From Candidatus Omnitrophota bacterium (GTDB lineage: Bacteria; Ratteibacteria; UBA8468; MWAK01), in NCBI GenBank assembly GCA_043826355.1, contig JBDRQI010000035.1, positions 1-46,064 of the forward strand: 46,064 bases of DNA, written 5' to 3'. The notes beneath the pieces were generated by a model. The model made no database searches. It saw nothing but the letters and a program-made list of their open reading frames with translations, and was not told where the DNA came from. How positions within the stretch are numbered: the stretch's first letter is position 1; each line of letters begins with the position of its first letter. Below are positions 19,713 to 29,489 of this stretch, piece after piece. The position numbers and the translations under genes are program-made.

Positions 19713-19767
19713 GATATTTAATTTATTTGTATTAAGTTGCGGGTTTTGATTTTTAACGGAGGGGCTG

Positions 19768-20634
19768 ATGGCGGAGATGGGCAAGGTTCGGGGGATGGGC
19801 TGGCTGCCGGATTATCCGGACGCAAGGGATTATACTCCGGAACACGTTCTGGTTAAGGCGATGGTCAGGCGGGTCGGGCTTTCTTCCGGTTCCGGCCGGC
19901 AAGTCCTGCCGGTTTCCGTTGACCTCCGCCCCTGGTGCCCGCCGATTGAAGACCAGGAAACGCTCGGTTCCTGCACCAGCCACGCCGGAGTCGGCGCGGT
20001 GGAATATTTCCAGCTCCGGGCTTTCGGGAAACACGTGGATGCCTCGCGCCTCTTCCTTTACAAAACCACCCGTAACCTTTTGCGGCAGAGCGGGGATACC
20101 GGCGCCTTCCTGCGCACGACGATGGCCGCCCTGGTATTTTTCGGCGTTCCGCCGGAGGAGTACTGGCCCTATAAGACAAGCGGGTTTGATGCAGAACCGC
20201 CGGCTTTCTGTTATGCTTTTGCGCAGGCCTATCAGACGATTCAATACCTCAGGCTGGACTCGCCGGGAACTGCGCCGGCCGACCTTTTGAAAATAATCAA
20301 ATCTTACATCGCCGCCGGGATTCCGCCGATTTTCGGTTTTACGGTGTACAGTTCCATCTCCCGGTCCGCGGGAAACGGACGGATACCATTTCCTCAGGTT
20401 GGGGAAAAGGTTCTGGGCGGGCATGCGGTAGCCGCGGCCGGATATGATGATAAGATGAAGGCGCCGGCCGCCGATTCCTCGGGATGTTTTCTGGTTCGCA
20501 ATTCCTGGGGCGGGGAATGGGGCGAGAAAGGATACGGCTGGCTGCCGTATGATTACGTTCTCCGGGGGCTGGCAGAAGACTGGTGGTGTCTGCTGAAGGC
20601 GGAATGGATAGATACCGGAGAGTTTAAACTGTAA
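19768..20634 (+). CDS. Papain-like C1 cysteine protease
   Basis: GWLPDYPD.RD, VDLR, DQETLGSC, GGHAV, RNSWG.EWGEKGYG; no signal peptide seen. Confidence 0.92.
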   Translation: MAEMGKVRGMGWLPDYPDARDYTPEHVLVKAMVRRVGLSSGSGRQVLPVSVDLRPWCPPIEDQETLGSCTSHAGVGAVEYFQLRAFGKHVDASRLFLYKTTRNLLRQSGDTGAFLRTTMAALVFFGVPPEEYWPYKTSGFDAEPPAFCYAFAQAYQTIQYLRLDSPGTAPADLLKIIKSYIAAGIPPIFGFTVYSSISRSAGNGRIPFPQVGEKVLGGHAVAAAGYDDKMKAPAADSSGCFLVRNSWGGEWGEKGYGWLPYDYVLRGLAEDWWCLLKAEWIDTGEFKL

Positions 20635-20648
20635 ACCGGAGGCGGCAA

Positions 20649-21125
20649 ATGGTCAGGATTCTGGTGACGTACTATTCCCGCAGCGGGAATACCAAGAAGA
20701 TGGCGGAAGACGTGGCGCGGGGAGTGAGGAATGAAGGCACCGAAGTTGATTTAAAGGAGGTCGGAAGAGTCAAGCCGGAGGAACTGCTTGATTACAACGG
20801 AGTAATTATCGGTTCACCTACCTATTACGGAGCGCCGGCCTGGGAGGTAAAGAAACTTTTGGACGAGAGCGTGAAGTTTCACGGAAAATTAGAGGGGAAG
20901 GTCGGCGGCGCCTTCAGTTCTGCGGCCAACATCGGCGGCGGAAACGAAACGACCGTCTTGAGCATCCTGCAGGCGCTGCTCATTCACGGAATGATAATTC
21001 CCGGCGCTTATTCCGGCGACCATTACGGCCCGGTGGCGATTAACGCGCCGGACGCCCGCGTAAAGAAGCAATGCCTGGCCCTGGGCAGCCGCATCGCCCG
21101 GCTGGCGAAGAAATTGGCGGCGTAA
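20649..21125 (+). CDS. Flavodoxin / WrbA-like NAD(P)H oxidoreductase
   Basis: YYSRSGNTKKMA, GSPTYYG, GKVGGAFSS, GGGNET. Confidence 0.88.
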   Translation: MVRILVTYYSRSGNTKKMAEDVARGVRNEGTEVDLKEVGRVKPEELLDYNGVIIGSPTYYGAPAWEVKKLLDESVKFHGKLEGKVGGAFSSAANIGGGNETTVLSILQALLIHGMIIPGAYSGDHYGPVAINAPDARVKKQCLALGSRIARLAKKLAA

Positions 21126-21148
21126 GGCAAGGCCCGGATTTTATGTTC

Positions 21149-21177
21149 GGATTCCTGCTTACTGCATGCAGGAATGA
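21149..21177. repeat. Short palindrome ATTCCTGC...GCAGGAAT (REP-like or terminator)
   Basis: 8-bp perfect inverted repeat at 21151-21158 and 21168-21175. Confidence 0.5.
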
Positions 21178-21183
21178 AAAAAC

Positions 21184-22401
21184 ATGGCAAGGGATAAGAA
21201 TATTGATTTGGAAATAGGGAAACTGGAAGGCGAAATGACGGGAGCGCTGATGAACTTGGTCAGCATCCCGGCGGTCAGCCCGATTTCCGTCGGCGGAGAC
21301 GAAAAGAGAAAGGCCGGATTCGTAGAGCGAATCTGTCGGGAAACCGGTTTTGACGAAGTCCTTCATTACGACGCCCCCAGCCCTTCAGGTCCCAGACCAA
21401 ACATAGTAGCCAGGTTGAAGGGGAAGGATGCCCGTGCCGGCCGGTTATGGGTTATTACCCACCTGGACGTTGTTCCGGCCGGCGCTCAAAACCTGTGGCA
21501 GGGCGACCCGTTTAAACCCGAATTAAAGAATGGCCGGATATACGGACGGGGAGCGGAAGATAACGGTCAGGACCTCATCGCCTGCCTCTTTGCGGTCAAG
21601 GCGCTGAAGAAACTCGGACTGATGCCGGAGAGGGAAATTTGCGCGGCGGTTGTTACCGACGAAGAGACGCTCAGCGTCTACGGGATGAAGTATCTTATCT
21701 CCCGCGGTCTTTTTAAGAAAGGAGATTTTTTTTTGGTCCCGGACGGCGGCAGTCCGGACGGGTCCCTGATTGAATTTGCGGAAAAATCGCTCCTCTGGCT
21801 CCGGGTTGATACGGTTGGCCGGCAAAGCCACGCCAGCATGCCGGATAAGGGCATCAACGCGATGGAAGCCGCCTCCGCTTTTATCAGCCGGCTTGGAGAG
21901 GTCCGGAAAAAGTTCGGAAAGAGAGACCGGCGGTTCCAGACACCCGCCTCTTCTTTTGAACCCACCCGGCGGCTGGAGAACGTCGGTAACATAAACACCA
22001 TTCCCGGCACGGACACCTTTTTTATAGATTGCCGTATCTTGCCCTGTTACCCTGTTTCCGGGGTTCTGTCTTATCTGGACAGGTTGAAAAAGAGGGTTGA
22101 AAAAGAGCGGAAGGTGAAGATTACCATTAAGGTCGTCCAGCAGGAAGAGGCAACCGTTACCGACCCGAAAAATCATTTGATTCAGGATATGGCGAAACTG
22201 GTCCGGGATGTTTTGAAAGTCCGGCCGAAAACGAGAGGGGTGGGCTGGGGTACCTGCGCTTCTTTTGTCCGGCAGGCCGGTTATCCGGCGGTGGTCTGGA
22301 GCAAGGTGGACGGAACGGCTCACCAGCCCAACGAATACGCTTCCGTACGGAATTTGCTGGACGATGCGGTTCTCTTTGCCCACGCTTTTCTGGAGCTGTA
22401 A
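21184..22401 (+). CDS. M20 family metallopeptidase/desuccinylase (DapE/ArgE-like)
   Basis: THLDVVP, GRGAEDNG, DEE, GRQSHAS, NTIPG, AHQPNE. Confidence 0.9.
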   Translation: MARDKNIDLEIGKLEGEMTGALMNLVSIPAVSPISVGGDEKRKAGFVERICRETGFDEVLHYDAPSPSGPRPNIVARLKGKDARAGRLWVITHLDVVPAGAQNLWQGDPFKPELKNGRIYGRGAEDNGQDLIACLFAVKALKKLGLMPEREICAAVVTDEETLSVYGMKYLISRGLFKKGDFFLVPDGGSPDGSLIEFAEKSLLWLRVDTVGRQSHASMPDKGINAMEAASAFISRLGEVRKKFGKRDRRFQTPASSFEPTRRLENVGNINTIPGTDTFFIDCRILPCYPVSGVLSYLDRLKKRVEKERKVKITIKVVQQEEATVTDPKNHLIQDMAKLVRDVLKVRPKTRGVGWGTCASFVRQAGYPAVVWSKVDGTAHQPNEYASVRNLLDDAVLFAHAFLEL

Positions 22402-22405
22402 AAAG

Positions 22406-24769
22406 ATGGTGCGTGAAATAGCGATTCTCGGGAAGAAGCCGGCAGACCTGGTTGAAATCAGCCGGAAATGCCTGCTGGCGTTAAGCCGGGAGGAGATGGA
22501 GGTTATCCAGACCCATTTCCGTTGCCTGGAACGCAACCCCACGGACATTGAACTGGAGATGCTCGCCCAGACCTGGTCGGAACACTGTATTCACAAGGTC
22601 TTCCGCGGTATCATTGAATATGAGGAGGACGGTCGGAAAGAGGTAATTGACAACCTTTTGAAGAGTACCCTTTTCCGGGAGACCGAAGAACTCAAAAAAC
22701 CTTATTGCCTTTCGGTTTTTAAGGACAACGCCGGCGTGGTTGAGTTTGACCGGGAGTATGGGGTCGCCTTCAAGGTAGAGACCCACAACCACCCCTCGGC
22801 CCTGGAGCCGTACGGCGGCGCGGAGACCGGAATCGGCGGAGTCATCCGGGACATCCTGGGCGTAGGTCTGGGCGCAAAGCCGATACTCAACAGCGATATT
22901 TTTTGCTTTGGACCGCTTGATTATCCTTACGAGAAACTGCCCTCTTCCGTTTTGCACCCGCGCCGGATTTACAAGGGAGTGGTGAGCGGCGTGCGCGATT
23001 ACGGAAACCGTATGGGTATCCCCACCGCCAATGGCGCCATCCTTTTTGACGAAGGTTTCATCGCAAACCCCCTGGTTTACTGCGGCACCCTGGGACTTAT
23101 CCCCAGGGATAAGATTGAGAAGGAGGTAAAACCGGGAGACCTGATTCTGGTAATCGGCGGCCGGACCGGCCGGGACGGTATTCACGGCGCCACCTTCTCT
23201 TCCCTGAGTTTGAAAAAAGGAATTTCCGCCAGCGTGGTCCAGATTGGCGCGCCCATTACCGAAAAGAAATTTCTGGACGTCCTGTTGGTGGCCCGGGACC
23301 GAAACCTTTTCCGCTCCATCACCGATTGCGGGGCCGGCGGGCTCTCTTCCGCGGTCGGCGAGTTAGGCAGCGAGACCGGCGCGGATGTCTATCTGGATAA
23401 GGTGCCGCTCAAGTACAAAGGGCTGGCTCCCTGGGAGATATGGCTTTCTGAGGCGCAGGAGCGGATGGTCCTGGCGGTACCGCCGGAGAATAAGGAAAAG
23501 ATAAAGTCCCTCTTTGCCTCCGAAGAGGTGGAAGCCACCTTTATCGGGGAATTTACCGGAGCCGGAATCCTGCGCCTCTTTTATAATGAGGAAGAAGTTG
23601 GAAACCTGAAGACCTCTTTCCTGTATGACGGTCTGCCCCGGATCCGAAGAAAGGCGGTCTACCAGACGCCCCCGTTCCGGAAACCGGATCTGCCCCCCGG
23701 CCCCGATTGTGCGGCTGTCCTGACGGCGCTGCTCAGCCATCACAATATCGCCAGCAAGGAAAAGGTTATCCGGCAGTACGACCATGAAGTCCAGGGACAG
23801 ACCATTCTGAAACCCCTGGTCGCTTTCGGCGGGCCTTCGGACGCGGTTGTTCTGAAGCCGCTTTATACCAAAGGCAGGAAGGGAATCGTCGTTTCCAACG
23901 GGGTAAACCTGTACGGTAAATTTGACCCGTACCTTTCCGCGGCCAACGCCATAGACGAGGCCTTGCGCAACCTCGCCGCCGTCGGCGGAGATATCCGGAA
24001 CGCCAGTTTGCTGGATAACTTCTGCTGGGGCGATACCGGAGACCCGGAAGTCCTGGGCAGTTTGGTGAGGGCGGCCCGCGCCTGCTATGATATCGGTCTT
24101 GCTTTCGGAACGCCCTTCATCTCCGGCAAAGACAGTCTCAACAACTATTTTGTGACCGAAGAAGGCGTGCGAACCTCCATCCCCCCTACCCTGCTTATCT
24201 CCGCGGTCTCCGTTATCCGGGACGTCAGCCGGGTGGTCTCCATGGATTTAAAGGGGCCGGGAAACCTTCTTTACCTGTTAGGCGAGACCAGAGGCGAGGA
24301 ATTGGGCGGTTCGCACTACCTCCGGATATTAAAGCGGGGCGGCGGCCGGGTTCCGGAAGTAAATGCGGCTGAAGCAAAAAGAAGGATGATTATTTTACAT
24401 AAAGCGATTGGTTCAGGGCTGGTCCTTGCCTGCCACGACCTTTCTGAAGGAGGACTTGTTGTTTCCGCCGCGGAGATGGCTTTCGGCGGGATGACCGGCC
24501 TGGAGATAGATTTAAGACAGGTCTCTTACTCCGGCCTGTTCCGGCCCGACGCAATCCTCTTTTCCGAATCGGCCAGCCGTTTCCTGGCAGAGGTTTCTCC
24601 GGCAAACAGAACCAGGTTTGAGAAACTCTTTTCCGGTCAGTCGTTCAGTTGTATCGGCGAAACCCTGAAGAAGCCGGTTTTGAAGGTAAGAGGTCCGGAA
24701 GGAACTATCCTCATCTCCGAAGACCTGAAAACGCTCTTCCGGGTCTGGAAAGGTTCCCTGCCCTGGTAA
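22406..24769 (+). CDS. purL: Phosphoribosylformylglycinamidine synthase subunit PurL (small type)
   Basis: WSEHC, KVETHNHPSALEPYGGA, DYGNRMG, TGRDGIHGA, DCGAGG, QYDHEVQ, SGKDSL, HDLSEGG; ATG 22406 follows the M20 stop. Confidence 0.95.
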   Translation: MVREIAILGKKPADLVEISRKCLLALSREEMEVIQTHFRCLERNPTDIELEMLAQTWSEHCIHKVFRGIIEYEEDGRKEVIDNLLKSTLFRETEELKKPYCLSVFKDNAGVVEFDREYGVAFKVETHNHPSALEPYGGAETGIGGVIRDILGVGLGAKPILNSDIFCFGPLDYPYEKLPSSVLHPRRIYKGVVSGVRDYGNRMGIPTANGAILFDEGFIANPLVYCGTLGLIPRDKIEKEVKPGDLILVIGGRTGRDGIHGATFSSLSLKKGISASVVQIGAPITEKKFLDVLLVARDRNLFRSITDCGAGGLSSAVGELGSETGADVYLDKVPLKYKGLAPWEIWLSEAQERMVLAVPPENKEKIKSLFASEEVEATFIGEFTGAGILRLFYNEEEVGNLKTSFLYDGLPRIRRKAVYQTPPFRKPDLPPGPDCAAVLTALLSHHNIASKEKVIRQYDHEVQGQTILKPLVAFGGPSDAVVLKPLYTKGRKGIVVSNGVNLYGKFDPYLSAANAIDEALRNLAAVGGDIRNASLLDNFCWGDTGDPEVLGSLVRAARACYDIGLAFGTPFISGKDSLNNYFVTEEGVRTSIPPTLLISAVSVIRDVSRVVSMDLKGPGNLLYLLGETRGEELGGSHYLRILKRGGGRVPEVNAAEAKRRMIILHKAIGSGLVLACHDLSEGGLVVSAAEMAFGGMTGLEIDLRQVSYSGLFRPDAILFSESASRFLAEVSPANRTRFEKLFSGQSFSCIGETLKKPVLKVRGPEGTILISEDLKTLFRVWKGSLPW

Positions 24770-24818
24770 TTTTTTGCAACTTCTTTTTTAGGTTTAATGC
24801 TAAGAATGGGTTCAGGGG

Positions 24819-25214
24819 GTGTTTATGACGGTTTTTTTAATCGTGGCTCAAAACGGCTTTCGCGACGAAGAATACTTTAAGCCGAAGGCGGTTTTGGAAG
24901 AAGCCGGTTATCAGGTTAAGACCGGTTCCACGGACTATTTTACCGATAAGACCGCATTAAAGCTGGCCGCCGGCGCCTATCAAAAAAACAAGGTGGTGGG
25001 CGCAATCTGTATTGCTCCGGGAATCCTGGCCCGGTCCGGAATTTTGAAAGGCAAGCGGGCGACGGTCTTTCCCGGTGAAATTGAAACGTTGAAACGTGAG
25101 GGCGCCGTTTACGTTGCTTTGCCGGTAGTGGTTGACGGCAGGATAGTTATGGCTGACGGTCCTGAGGCGGCGGAAGAATTCGGGAAAACGTTGGTAAAAA
25201 TACCGGGATTGTAG
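24819..25214 (+). CDS. DJ-1/PfpI family protein with an internal in-frame deletion (possible pseudogene)
   Basis: FRDEEY, AICIAP, GKRATV, DGP present; the central D-A-x-x-x-x-GG segment is absent; only 131 aa. Confidence 0.75.
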   Translation: MFMTVFLIVAQNGFRDEEYFKPKAVLEEAGYQVKTGSTDYFTDKTALKLAAGAYQKNKVVGAICIAPGILARSGILKGKRATVFPGEIETLKREGAVYVALPVVVDGRIVMADGPEAAEEFGKTLVKIPGL

Positions 25215-25278
25215 TATAATCAAAAAAAGTAAAGAACGGGAAGGAATTCGTTTTTTGTTTTAAATTGGGGAGGATTAT

Positions 25279-25881
25279 ATGGGCAAGAAGACTATGCTCG
25301 GCGTTGGGTTCTTGGCGGTGTGCTTCCTGGCGTCCGGCTGCGCCGGTCGGATAGAGTTAAAGAAGCCGGTGCAAGCGGTACCGCCCGAAGCAGCACCCGA
25401 AGTTGCGGTTGCAGAAGTGAAACCGGCTCCGGAGCCAACCGAGGGCCTGGCCACAAAAGAGGACCTGGCAAAGGCCGTGAGGGGCGAAGAAATACCCGTT
25501 GCCATTTCGGAAGGTACGACCCGGGAACCGCTGACAGACGAAGAAAAGGTGGTTTTTAAAATGATTCACTTTGATTTTGACAAGAGCGATATCCGGGCTG
25601 ACGCCCGTTCCGTCCTGGAAAAGGTGGCCGATTACCTGAAGAAAAACCCGAAGGTCAAAATTGTGATTGAAGGGCACTGCGATGAAATGGGGACGGAAGA
25701 ATACAATATGGCTCTCGGCGAGCGCCGCGCCCTTTCCGCCCGGCGTTACCTGGTTTCGCTGGGGGTTGCTCCGGAACGGATAGGGACGATTAGTTACGGC
25801 GAGCACCAGCCGATCGACCCGGCGCACAACGAAACAGCCTGGGCGCTGAACCGCAATTGCCAGTTCAAGATTATGGAATAA
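25279..25881 (+). CDS. pal: Peptidoglycan-associated lipoprotein
   Basis: Lipobox LASGC, IHFDFDKS, IEGHCDE.GTEEYN.ALGERRA, SYGE. Confidence 0.93.
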   Translation: MGKKTMLGVGFLAVCFLASGCAGRIELKKPVQAVPPEAAPEVAVAEVKPAPEPTEGLATKEDLAKAVRGEEIPVAISEGTTREPLTDEEKVVFKMIHFDFDKSDIRADARSVLEKVADYLKKNPKVKIVIEGHCDEMGTEEYNMALGERRALSARRYLVSLGVAPERIGTISYGEHQPIDPAHNETAWALNRNCQFKIME

Positions 25882-25902
25882 TTTTCTGCAAAAGAACGGA
25901 TA

Positions 25903-26442
25903 ATGATAAAGAACGCGGTCTTGGTTTTGGCGTTTGGTCTTACTTTAATGCCCCGTCCTTTTCTGGCCGGAGCCGCGGAGAGCCGGATACCTTTTCGCGG
26001 TTTAAAAGAAGTGGCTGTATTTGTGGAAGAGATAGACCCGGAAGCGATAAAGGATGGTTTAAGCAAAGAAGAGATAAAGACCGAAGTAGAAACAAGGCTT
26101 CGTAAGGCCGGCATCAAGGTAATTCCCGCGGACGAATGTTTAAGACCCCCAACTTCACCCCACGGAACTGATAGTTACCTCTATATTATCGTTAATACGG
26201 TGAAATTTGTCTCGGGGTTGGAGTATGTTTATGGTACCTCGGTGCAATTAAAGCAGGTGGTGGCGCTTGAACGGGGAAAAACGGTTAAACCGTCAAGGGC
26301 TCTTTTATGGGCCACAACCTGGGAGAAGAGCGAAGGAGTGGAAATTGCCTGGGTGAAAGACCTGGTTGGGGACATTCGACAGCATATAAACGATAAGGTC
26401 GACGCTTTTATCAGTGATTGTTTAGCCGCAAACCCGAAGTAA
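25903..26442 (+). CDS. Hypothetical exported protein
   Basis: Signal-peptide-like N-terminus; 179 aa; no recognised family. Confidence 0.7.
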   Translation: MIKNAVLVLAFGLTLMPRPFLAGAAESRIPFRGLKEVAVFVEEIDPEAIKDGLSKEEIKTEVETRLRKAGIKVIPADECLRPPTSPHGTDSYLYIIVNTVKFVSGLEYVYGTSVQLKQVVALERGKTVKPSRALLWATTWEKSEGVEIAWVKDLVGDIRQHINDKVDAFISDCLAANPK

Positions 26443-26515
26443 TTTTAAAATAGCGCTTTAACCGGAAGAGAAAGAAGAAGACAGGCGATAAAGAGTTGGG
26501 GAAAGAAAAGGGAGA

Positions 26516-26995
26516 ATCCGGCGGGCTTTTTTTGTTCTTGCCCGGCAGCAGTTACGGATAGCCAGGCGAGCCCGGAAAAAGATATTCCTCTTTTATGCCG
26601 ACGTAGACGGTTTGAAACGGATTAACGACCACTTTGGTCATCAGACCGGAGACAAGGCTTTGGTTGACGCGGCTGGTGTCCTTAAGAAAACTTTTCGCGA
26701 ATCGGATATTATCGCCCGGATTGGCGGAGATGAATTTATTGTTCTGATAACCGATACTGTGGTTAAAGGCAAAGAGGTTTTACTGAAGCGTTTGTACGAA
26801 AACCTGGCGGTTCACTATCTGCAGAAAGACCGAAAATACAGGTTATGTTTAAGCGCCGGCGTCGCGTTTTGCGATTCACAACACCCCCATTCTCTGGATA
26901 ACCTGATTGCCCGGGCCGATAAGTCAATGTACACCCGGAAAGAAAAAAAGGCGGGAACCCGTCTGCCCGACGAAAGCAAGCAACCTACAACGTAA
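26516..26995 (+). pseudogene. N-terminally truncated GGDEF (diguanylate cyclase) remnant
   Basis: Frame reads RRAFFVLARQQL...YADVDGLKRINDHFGHQTGD...RIGGDEF...RADKSMY; in-frame TAA at 26489 and no start codon before the mid-domain TTG at 26612. Confidence 0.75.
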
Positions 26996-28382
26996 CTTGC
27001 TGGCGGTATTTTGGAATAACGATATCGCTCTTGATATTCTCCCGCAAGAAATCGGCAAACTTGACCGCCGTCTCTTTTTCGCCGTGGATGATGAATATCT
27101 TTTGCGGCGGTTCTTCGAATCCGGAAACCCACCGGAGGAGTTCATTCCGGTCGGCATGGGCGGAGAAACCGCCCACGTTTTCAATCCGGGCGCGAACCGG
27201 ATAGGTTTCATTGAAGATTCTGATCTTTTTGGCTCCCTCAATAATTTCCCGGCCTAGGGTCCCCCGGGCCTGATAACCCACAAAAAGGATAGCGCTCTCC
27301 GGCCGGGTGATGTTTTCCCTGATATGGTATTTCACCCTTCCGCCCGTGCACATTCCGGAACCGGCCAGAATAATTGAAGTTCCTTTCGTCGCGTTTATCA
27401 TTTTTGATTCTTCAACCGTCCGGGAGATATTTAACTGGGGAAAACTGAACGGGGATTCTCCCTTTTCAATCAATGCTTTTGTTTCCGCATCAAGATAGCC
27501 GATAAATTTTTTGAAAATATCGGTAATATTTATCGCCATGGGACTGTCAATAAAGACGGGAACAGATTTGATTTGGTTGGTTCTGAGCAAAATACTCAAG
27601 TAGTAAAGCAGGTCCTGGGCTCTTTCGGTTGCAAAGACCGGAATGACAATGTTGCCCCCCCTGTTCTGCGTTTCCACGATTATTTTTTTGAGTTGCGCGA
27701 TTGAAGTCGTTTCTGATTCATGCAGACGGTCTCCATAGGTGGACTCCAGGAAAAGAAAGTCGGTTTTTTTCGGTGTGACCGGGTCTTCTACGATGGGCCG
27801 GTTCCAGCGGCCGATATCCCCGGAAAAGACCGCTGTTTTCCTGCTCCCGCCTTCAATCGCTTCCAGTTCTATCGTGGCCGCACCCAGGATATGCCCGGCG
27901 TTGTGAAGCGTCAGTTTGATTCCCGGCGAGACCGGAGTCGGTTCTTCGTACGGGATGGTTCTAAATAAAGGAAAGACATTTTTTGCATCTTCAACCGTAT
28001 AGAGGGGAATTTCCGGGTGCGCTCCTTTTCTGCCCTCGCGCTGGTGCCGTGCTCTTTTATTTATCGCGTCTTCTTCCTGTATTTTAGCGGAATCAAGCAA
28101 TATAATTTGCGCAATTTCCCGGGTGGGAAGCGTGCAAAAGATGTCACCCCTGAACCCTGATTTGACCAGTTTGGGTAAATACCCGCAATGGTCAAGGTGG
28201 GCGTGGGTTAAAAATACGTTGTTGATGCCGGAGGGAACTATCGCAAAATCTTCCCAGTTGCGGTTAAGGAAATCTCGCTCCTGGTACAGGCCGCAATCCA
28301 CTAAATTACGCGAATCTCCGCTTTCCACCAGGAATCTGGAACCCGTCACGTTTTCCGCTGCCCCGAGCAAAGTAATTTTCAT
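26985..28382 (-). CDS. MBL-fold beta-CASP ribonuclease
   Basis: VTGS, DCG, THAHLDHCG, AGHILG, SGDIG, ESTYG, SGMC.GGR, GYQA, FSAHAD. Confidence 0.93.
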   Translation of the reverse strand: MKITLLGAAENVTGSRFLVESGDSRNLVDCGLYQERDFLNRNWEDFAIVPSGINNVFLTHAHLDHCGYLPKLVKSGFRGDIFCTLPTREIAQIILLDSAKIQEEDAINKRARHQREGRKGAHPEIPLYTVEDAKNVFPLFRTIPYEEPTPVSPGIKLTLHNAGHILGAATIELEAIEGGSRKTAVFSGDIGRWNRPIVEDPVTPKKTDFLFLESTYGDRLHESETTSIAQLKKIIVETQNRGGNIVIPVFATERAQDLLYYLSILLRTNQIKSVPVFIDSPMAINITDIFKKFIGYLDAETKALIEKGESPFSFPQLNISRTVEESKMINATKGTSIILAGSGMCTGGRVKYHIRENITRPESAILFVGYQARGTLGREIIEGAKKIRIFNETYPVRARIENVGGFSAHADRNELLRWVSGFEEPPQKIFIIHGEKETAVKFADFLRENIKSDIVIPKYRQQVTL

Positions 28383-28388
28383 ACTTTA

Positions 28389-28448
28389 ATTGTAATATTT
28401 CTTATGCTTGAAGGTCAATTTTAACTTTGGTTAAAATCGTGTTATTAT
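28389..28448. promoter_or_regulatory. Divergent leaderless promoters
   Basis: Minus strand TTGACC-18-TACAAT-6 nt-ATG; plus strand TGtTATTAT (28440-28448)-6 nt-GTG. Confidence 0.6.
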
Positions 28449-28454
28449 ATCTCA

Positions 28455-29489
28455 GTGGTTATGACCGAGGCGAGGTTTTACCGGAAGATGGAAGACGATA
28501 AGGTACGCTGTCTTCTCTGTCCGCACCATTGTTTAATCAGTTCCGGAAAAAGGGGCTTGTGCGGCGTGCGGGAGAACAGGGGCGGGGTCTTTTATTCCCT
28601 GGTTTACCAGAAAGCGGTCTCCAGCCACGTAGACCCGATTGAAAAGAAACCGCTCTTCCATTTTTTGCCCGGTTCCACCTCTTTTTCCGTAGCCACGGTC
28701 GGTTGCAACCTTTCCTGTCGTTTCTGCCAGAATAGCGATATTTCCCAGGCCAGCCGGGAAACGGCTGAAATTTACGGATACGACCTGCCGCCGCCCGAGG
28801 TCGTCCGCCAGGCGAAGCAATCCGGATGCCTGTCCATCTCTTACACCTATACGGAACCGACCGTTTTTTTTGAATACGCTTTTGATACGGCGGTTCTGGC
28901 TAAAAAGGAGAACCTGGCCAATAATTTCATAACCAACGGGTACATTGAAGCAGAGCCGCTTAAGGCGATCGCTCCATACCTTGACGCGGCCAACGTTGAC
29001 CTGAAGAGTTTCCGGGATGAATATTACCGTAAAATCTGCGGAGCAAGGTTAAAGCCGGTCCTGGACACCCTGGTTTTGATGAAGGAACGGAAGATTTGGC
29101 TGGAGGTGACTACCCTGGTCCTGCCGGGTCAGAATGACAGCGAAGCAGAGTTGCGGGATATCGCTTTTTTTATCAGGGATAACCTGGGTTTGGAGACGCC
29201 TTGGCACATCAGCCGCTTTTTTCCCCGCTATCGGATGGATACTTTCCCCTCTACTCCGCCGGAAACGATAGAACGCGCCCGCCGGATCGGCCTGGACGCC
29301 GGGCTTCAGTTCGTCTATTCCGGTAATCTGGCCGGCGGTTCCGGTGAGAATACTTTTTGCCCCGGGTGCGGCAAGGCGGTAATCAGCCGTTTCGGGTTTG
29401 CATTGACCGAAAATAAGATACGGGGCGGCCGCTGTTCTTTTTGCGGGACAAGGGTTGCCGGGGTCTTTTTGGTCGAAGTCAAAGAATAA
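28455..29489 (+). CDS. amrS: AmmeMemoRadiSam system radical SAM enzyme
   Basis: CLLCPHHC, DPIEKKPLFHF, GCNLSCRFCQN (CxxxCxxC), YTYTEP, NVDLK, C-terminal Zn ribbon. Confidence 0.92.
   Translation: MVMTEARFYRKMEDDKVRCLLCPHHCLISSGKRGLCGVRENRGGVFYSLVYQKAVSSHVDPIEKKPLFHFLPGSTSFSVATVGCNLSCRFCQNSDISQASRETAEIYGYDLPPPEVVRQAKQSGCLSISYTYTEPTVFFEYAFDTAVLAKKENLANNFITNGYIEAEPLKAIAPYLDAANVDLKSFRDEYYRKICGARLKPVLDTLVLMKERKIWLEVTTLVLPGQNDSEAELRDIAFFIRDNLGLETPWHISRFFPRYRMDTFPSTPPETIERARRIGLDAGLQFVYSGNLAGGSGENTFCPGCGKAVISRFGFALTENKIRGGRCSFCGTRVAGVFLVEVKE

Noticed and set aside
22265..22405. Extended purL N-terminus from the ORF track
   Set aside because: It overlaps the M20 gene; ATG at 22406 after the M20 stop is the plausible start.
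21523..22548. 341-aa antisense ORF
   Set aside because: Shadow of the M20 peptidase gene; no motifs.
24819..25214. purQ candidate after purL
   Set aside because: Motifs are DJ-1/PfpI (RDEE, AICIAP), not PurQ (GGFSYGD, GICNGFQ, MPHPER).
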